Part shown: piece by piece, positions 58,203 to 64,000 of the stretch
Numbering within the stretch: the first letter of the stretch is position 1
How the letters are laid out: the number at the start of each line of letters is the position of its first letter
Assembly (NCBI GenBank): GCA_004431415.1
Contig: QPMI01000017.1
Location: 835,310 to 899,309, forward strand
DNA length: 64,000 nucleotides
Direction: 5' to 3'
DNA from: Cyanophora paradoxa CCMP329
Lineage: Eukaryota > Plantae > Glaucophyta
Program-made: the position numbers and the translations under genes
The notes under the pieces: model-generated
Told to the model about the DNA's origin: nothing
The model's input: the letters and a program-made list of their open reading frames with translations, nothing else
Database searches by the model: none

Positions 58203-59254
58203 CGCAGCTCCGGTCGCCAGTTGGGTGCGCGTGGCCTGGTCGGGTTCAAGTGCTGCAGCTGCTCACGCGCTCCCAGGCCTTGCCGATTGTGCGCGCGCGC
58301 CCGCGGATCCTCAGAAGCACGCTGTCGAACGCCGTACGTATACAACTGCTGCGCGCGGTGCTGGTAGGGAGCTGCGGAAGGGCGTAGTCGCGACGAGTGC
58401 GAGCGGACTGGAAGCCGAAGGGTGCTGCGGCTGGGTGACATCGCCTCGCTGCCAGCTGGTAATTTTACATAATTAGCACGGAGGAGGCGTCGCGCTGGAG
58501 GTCGGAGGCTCGGAGCTCGCTTCGTAAGATGGGCGCTAGCTGGCGGGCGTCGGGCGAATTCGAACGCGTGGCTTTCAGGTGAAGCTCGTACCCCCTTGAA
58601 GGCCCCTTCTTCTAAACATAGCCGCGAACACAAGTTGCCAGAACAAGAACTCGAAAATGATTAATGAATTCGGGTCAATCCGGATCCAGCTCGGCAATTT
58701 GAACTCGGGCGCGTCGGTGTACCCGGGGACGAGGCCAGCTCCGATCGCGACGTCCCGTCCGCACGCTCCGCAGCCTGGACCGCAGGTGCCGCGGCCGCCG
58801 GGTGAAGCCGCGCGCGAGCTAGCTGCAGTCTCCCGCGACGCCGATCGCGGCTGCACGTACTTGCCCCTGTCGGCGGCCGGAATCGTGCTGCGCAGCTCCA
58901 AAGCCCGCAGCCCGCAGCTCAACCGGTACCGGCTAAGCTCAGTCCTTGTCCGACGGGGCCGCGCGTGCGCGGGCTCTTCGCCGGGAGTGACATTCGTATC
59001 CCGGCCTTCGTCTCGGTCTGCGCACCGAGCCTCAGCAGGCGCGCCGCGCGCGCGAGCGAGCATATGACACAATTGCAACGTATAAACTTACCCGCGCCGC
59101 TGCAGATGATAGCACCTGCAGCGCGGCCTCTTTCACGCTCAGGGAGGTGTGCCGGACAAAGCTGCGGCGCGGGCGCCGTGCGGGCGGCCTCCACTGACGC
59201 CCCGCGGCAGCCCGCAGCTGCTGGCGCCAATTTCGCGCGGCTGAGTAGGCTCAC

Positions 59255-62200
59255 ATGGCGGCCCCTCTTCCCGCGCCCGCAACGGCGGCGGGCGAGGCGC
59301 CGAGCCAGCTGCAGCCGGCTCCGAGGGCGAGCGGCGCGGGCGCTGCGGTGGAAGTGGTGCGGAGCGGGCCGCCCTCGGCAGAGGGACTGCCGGGGCTGGC
59401 TTCGGCCTCGGGCAAGCGGCTGCGCATCGTCATCGACTCGCAGCGGCCGTCCTCGGACGAGGAGGAGGGCGGCAGCGAGCGCGGCGCCCCCGGCGGGGGC
59501 AACCGCGCCTCCGGCCCCGGGCCCTCTGCGTACGCCCGGGCCCCGGCGCCCCTCAACGCGTCCCCGCTGGGGCCGGCGCCGGCGCCCGGGGCGGGGCCCC
59601 CGGCGCCGCAGCGGTGGGCAAGCCCGGGGAACCTGCGGGCACCCTCCTTCAAGCTGAACCTGAACGTGGCTCGCCTGGACCCCGAGGGGGACCGCCCGGA
59701 CTCCGGGGAGGAGGCGCTGCGGAGCGGCCGCTGGGCGCCCCTCAGGCGAACGCTCCTCTCCCTCCGCACCACCCTCCTCCTCTCCTCCCTTCTCTTCGTA
59801 GGGCGCGCCGCACCCCAGCCCGCCCCCGCCCCCGCCCCCGCCCCGCCTGACCCCACGTGCACGCCGTGCCGCTGACTTCTGGCTGGCGATCGCAGCGGGG
59901 GGATCGGCCTCGTGTGGGGCATCTCGGTGCGCGCTTCCGGGGTCTAGGCAGAGAGCCGGAAGCCAAGCGCGGGGCGGCGGCCCCGGTGCCCGCTGACGCC
60001 CGCGTGCCCTCCGCGTGCCCTCCGCAGCACTACTTCGCGTCGAAGAACGCCGAAGAGCTCGCGAACGCGTCGGTATCCCTCCTCGTCCGCCGAGCCGAGA
60101 GCCACGTCCACGACGAGGTACCCGTACCCCCCCGGCGAAATCCCCGCCCCCCGCTCGCCCCTCACGCGGGCCGCCAGCTGCTGAAGCCGGCGGTCGAGAT
60201 CGCGCGGGCCACCTCCGTGAACTACCGGCGCGCGGATCCGAACCGCGCCCCCGAGACGCCCCGCTGAGGCGGCCGGCCCCGGGCGCAGGTTCGGCTACGC
60301 CACGGAGGCGGACCCGCCGGGCATGCTCCGCCGCTTCCTCGTCGACGTGCGTACCCCTACCCCGCCGCGCCCCGGCCCGTAGCCCTGACGCGCGGCCCCG
60401 CAGCTCGAGGCCTACGAGTGGCTGGCGACCGTCTACTTCGGTGCCCGCCGCCCGCGCCGCCCCGGCCCCGCCCGACTTGCGCTCGTGCTGGCCGAGCCGC
60501 CGACGCGCGCCCGGCGCCGGTCCGCAGTGTCGGATCGCTTCTACGGGGTGCGGAGGGACCGCCACGGCGACGCGGGGAGCATGCACTACATCCTGCCCCC
60601 GCGTGCGCCCGGCCCGCCGCCGCCTCGCGCCTCCGCCCGCTGGCGCCCTCCGGGGCCGACGGGGCGGGGCGGGGCGGGGCGGGCAGCGGGCGGGGCGGCG
60701 GGGCGCGAGTTCCGCCGCATCGAGAACGGGACGCGGGCGGTGGGCGAGGCGTTCGGGGCGCAGCCGGGGTACACCCCCCTGGGCGCCCCCTGGTTCCGGG
60801 AGCTGGCGACGGGGCGCGAGGGGGAGCCGACCTGGTCCCAGATCTACGCCAGCCCCACCTTCGCGGTGCCCAAGTGTTTTGAACGTAAATTCTGTTAAAA
60901 GTCCTTATCTAACTGAACCTTTCTTTCTTTCCTCCTCGTTAGGCGGACGGGCAGCGGTTCCTGACGGTCGGCGTGCCGGTCTACGGGCGCGGGACGGCTG
61001 CGCCGGCGGCAGGGGCGGCGGCGGCGGCGGCGGGCGGGGCGCTCCCCTCCGGGCTCCACGGCCTCGTCGCCGTCGACATCGAGGTGCGCCCGCTGCCCCG
61101 GGGCGCGGCGGCGAGGCTCTGCTCGGCGGGGATGGAGCGGGGCCGCCCCGGGCTCCACCCTCCCTCCTGGGCCCTCTCCCCTTCCGTCCTCCCCTTCCTC
61201 TTGCCTGACCTCCCTGGCCTCAGCTGGGGGCGCTGGCGGAGTTCTTCCAGGCGGCGACGGAGCAGCTGCTCACCCCCAACGCCCTCATCTCGCCACCGAG
61301 GTCCGTGGCGGCCGTCCAGAGCCTTCTCGGGGGCCGAGGGCTCTTCTAGGAGACCGAGGGCTCTTCGGCTGTGTGCTGCCGCTCGCTCCTCACCACTCGC
61401 GAACGGCCGTCCCTCTAGAGGGCCGAGGCTCGCGCTAGGACCTCCTTCCTCCGGTCCTCTCGGGCTCACTCGCGCCCGCGCCCGCACTGCCGCAGGACGA
61501 CGGGGACATGGTGGCGGTCTCGCGGCCTCGGCGGGCGGCCTCCCCGCGCCCGAGCTCGTCGCCGGCCCCGGGGGCGAGCCCTCCGCGCCTTCGACAACCC
61601 GGACGCCGTCGTGCGCCTCTGCTGGGAGACCGTTCACCTCGCCGGCGACCGCGGCTCCGACACCGTCCTCCTCGGCTCCTTCCGCGTGCGCCCCCGGGCC
61701 CGCCCCGCCCCGCCCCGCCCCTTCCCGAGTGTTGAGTTCGCCTCGTTCGCAGCACGGCGGGGCGCGCTTCTTCCTGGCCCGCGCCGACGTCCGCGAGGGG
61801 CCCAGCCTCATGGCGCGCCCCGCCCCCGCCCCCCACCCCCGCCCCCGCCCGCCTCCTCCGAGCCGTGGCGCGCGCACACGCGCAGTGGCACCTCTTCGCG
61901 GCGATACCGGAGGACGACCTCGTCGCCTCCGTCAAGCAGTCGGTCCGCCCTCCCTTTCTCTTCTTCTTCTTCTTCTCTCCTCCCTCGTTGCACTGAGCCG
62001 GCGCCGCGCAGACGGTCTACTCGGCGGTGGCGAACGCGCTCTTCCTCGCCGTCGCCCTCAGCTTCTCCCTCCTCCTCGGCTTCTGCATCTCCCGCCCCCT
62101 CCGCTCCCTCAAGCAGACCGTCCGCCCCTCCTCCTTCCCCCTTCCTTTTCGTTCCTTTTTAACTTCTTTCCCAGATGGAGTGGATCACGCGGACGATGGC

Positions 62201-64000
62201 AGAGGAGCCGGCGGGGCCGGCCGCGCCGCCCCCGGCCGCCGCGGGGGACGCCGAGGCGGACAACGTGCGCGAGCGAAGCCGCTGGGCTGCACGGGGCCTA
62301 AGCTGAGCCTAAGCGACGGGGAGCTAGCTAGTTGCTCGGGGGCGAGGAGCTAGCCGGGCCGCCCGCCCGCCGCCCGCGCCTCCTCCCCTTGGCTCTGCTT
62401 CCGGGTCGTGAGGCGTGCGGGGCGCAGGAGGACGCGGCGTCGGAGCAGTCGTTCATCAACGACGGCGGTGGCGACCTCGGCGGGGGAGGGGAGGGGAGGA
62501 GGAGGGGAGGGGGTACGGCCCCCGCTGGACCCCGGGCGTCTCCCGCCGGGGCTCCTCGCCGAGGCTGGCGCCCCGTCGAGGGCGCCGGGGCCCCCGCCGC
62601 GCCTCCGCGGCCCTGCTCGAGGTCGCCTCGCTGGAGCCGGAGGAGGCGGAGGCGCGGCGGGCGCTCGCGCGGCGCGGCTCCTTCGCCGCAGCGACGGCGG
62701 CTCCTCCTCCGCCTCGCTCGGTGCGCGCACCCCCCTTCCAAACCCCGTGCGCGGGCCGACGGCTGCGGGCCGCGCGCAGACGTGCGGCGATCAACGCGCG
62801 GGCGCGGGGCCCGGCCCGGCCCGGGCGCGCGCGGGGAGGCGCGGGGTGCGCGGCGGGGACGGCGGGGGCGGGGGAGGGACCCCGGGGGAGCGGCGGGAGC
62901 CCCGGGGTGCTCGGCCTCGCCGGCATGGCGCAGGCCGTGCAGCAGGCGAGCGTCACCTTCGCCGGCCGCGAGGGCCCCGCCGAGGAGGAGGCCGCCGCCG
63001 AGCGGGGCCGCCGGGCCGCGTCCGCCGCCGGCTCGGGCTCCGCCACGCCCACGCGGGAGGGGCCGGGCGCCTCCCCGCCGCCCTCGCTGCCGAGCTCGCG
63101 ACCGCCCTGGGGTCGCCGCCCCCGGCCCGGCCCGCCCCGCCCCGCAGCGGCCGCTCGCAGAGCGTGGGGGCGAGCCTGGGGGCCTTGGCGGGGGCCCCGG
63201 GCCGGCTTCGGGGGCCTGGGCGGGGCGCGAGTGTCAAGAGCCTCCTCTCGTGGACGCCCGCGCAGCCGCCGCGGCGGCGCTCGCGGGTCGTGCCGGACAG
63301 CGGCGGGGGCGCCACGCCGCCCATCTCCTCGGACTCGACCCTCGGGCAGCTCCCCTCGCCGCCGACCCTCCCCGAGCTGCCGCAGCCGGCGGACCCCGAG
63401 GCGGGCGAGGTCGGCGGCTCCGTCCGCTCCTCGGCGGCCGGCGGCGCCCGCCGCCCGCCTCCAAGCGCACCCTCTCCATCGCCGCCTCGGCGGCCTCGGC
63501 GCCGGAGACGGAGTGGGAGTACCGGAGCAGCGTGCTGCTCACGGAGCAGCGGCTGGCGCCGGGCCTGCGCTCGGCCCCGAGGACCTGGCTCGCCGAGATC
63601 CGGGGCCTCCAGGGCACCTTCCAGACCCTCTCCCGCACCGTCCTCTCCTTCATGAAGTTCGGTGCGGCCGTACCCCGGCCGCTTTCTCCCCCCGCCCCCC
63701 CCCCACCCTTCGAACTCGCTCGAGCCGACCTGGCGCACTGTACCCCGCAGTGCCGAACTCGGTGTGCGGAGCATGCTGCGCGACAACGAGCACGCGCGCC
63801 TCGGCATGGAGGTCGTACCCTTCCCCCTCCCCCCCCCGCGTCTCCCCCCCCCGCGTCTCCCCCCTTCACCCCACCCCCACCACCTCTGATCCCCCGCCCC
63901 GCCCCGCAGGTGCGCGCCCTGACGGTCATGTTCGTGGACATCCAGGACTTCACCGCGATGTGCGAACGAAGGCCCCCTAACCCGGCCCCCCTCCATCTAA
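59255..64000 (+). CDS. Membrane-anchored class III adenylate/guanylate cyclase with extracellular Cache-like sensor (truncated by window end)
   Basis: Two TM segments flank PWF...PTWSQIY...LVAVDI. ISRPL follows TM2, then LSFMKFVP...ARLGME and VRALTVMFVDIQDFTAMCE. Confidence 0.82.

Overview
GC-rich eukaryotic nuclear DNA with many short (~50-100 nt) GT-AG and GC-AG introns, so the ORF track is mostly fragments and shadow frames. Gene models here were spliced by hand. A plastid-type FAD4 with an 'MAF...' transit peptide and a cyanobacterial-type IscS suggest a glaucophyte such as Cyanophora (inference). The main feature is one minus-strand gene (16887->1405, ~42 exons, ~4,100 aa) that splices in frame into a giant [FeFe]-hydrogenase. 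Its order is six near-identical H-cluster domains, two flavodoxins, a seventh diverged H-domain, a third flavodoxin, and an FAD-binding domain with no NAD(P)-binding lobe. Second, a four-domain voltage-gated cation channel gene with an unusual S/D/E/E filter hosts at least nine intronic box C/D snoRNA-like elements with a variant box C, some antisense to the 18S rRNA nt ~96-111 region. The rest encodes a dual-acylated IQ protein, a small membrane protein, WDR24, two hypothetical proteins, a PLAC8 protein, a Neugrin/RRG9-like protein, ALG11, FAD4, IscS, a secreted LPMO and a membrane class III nucleotidyl cyclase cut off by the window end.
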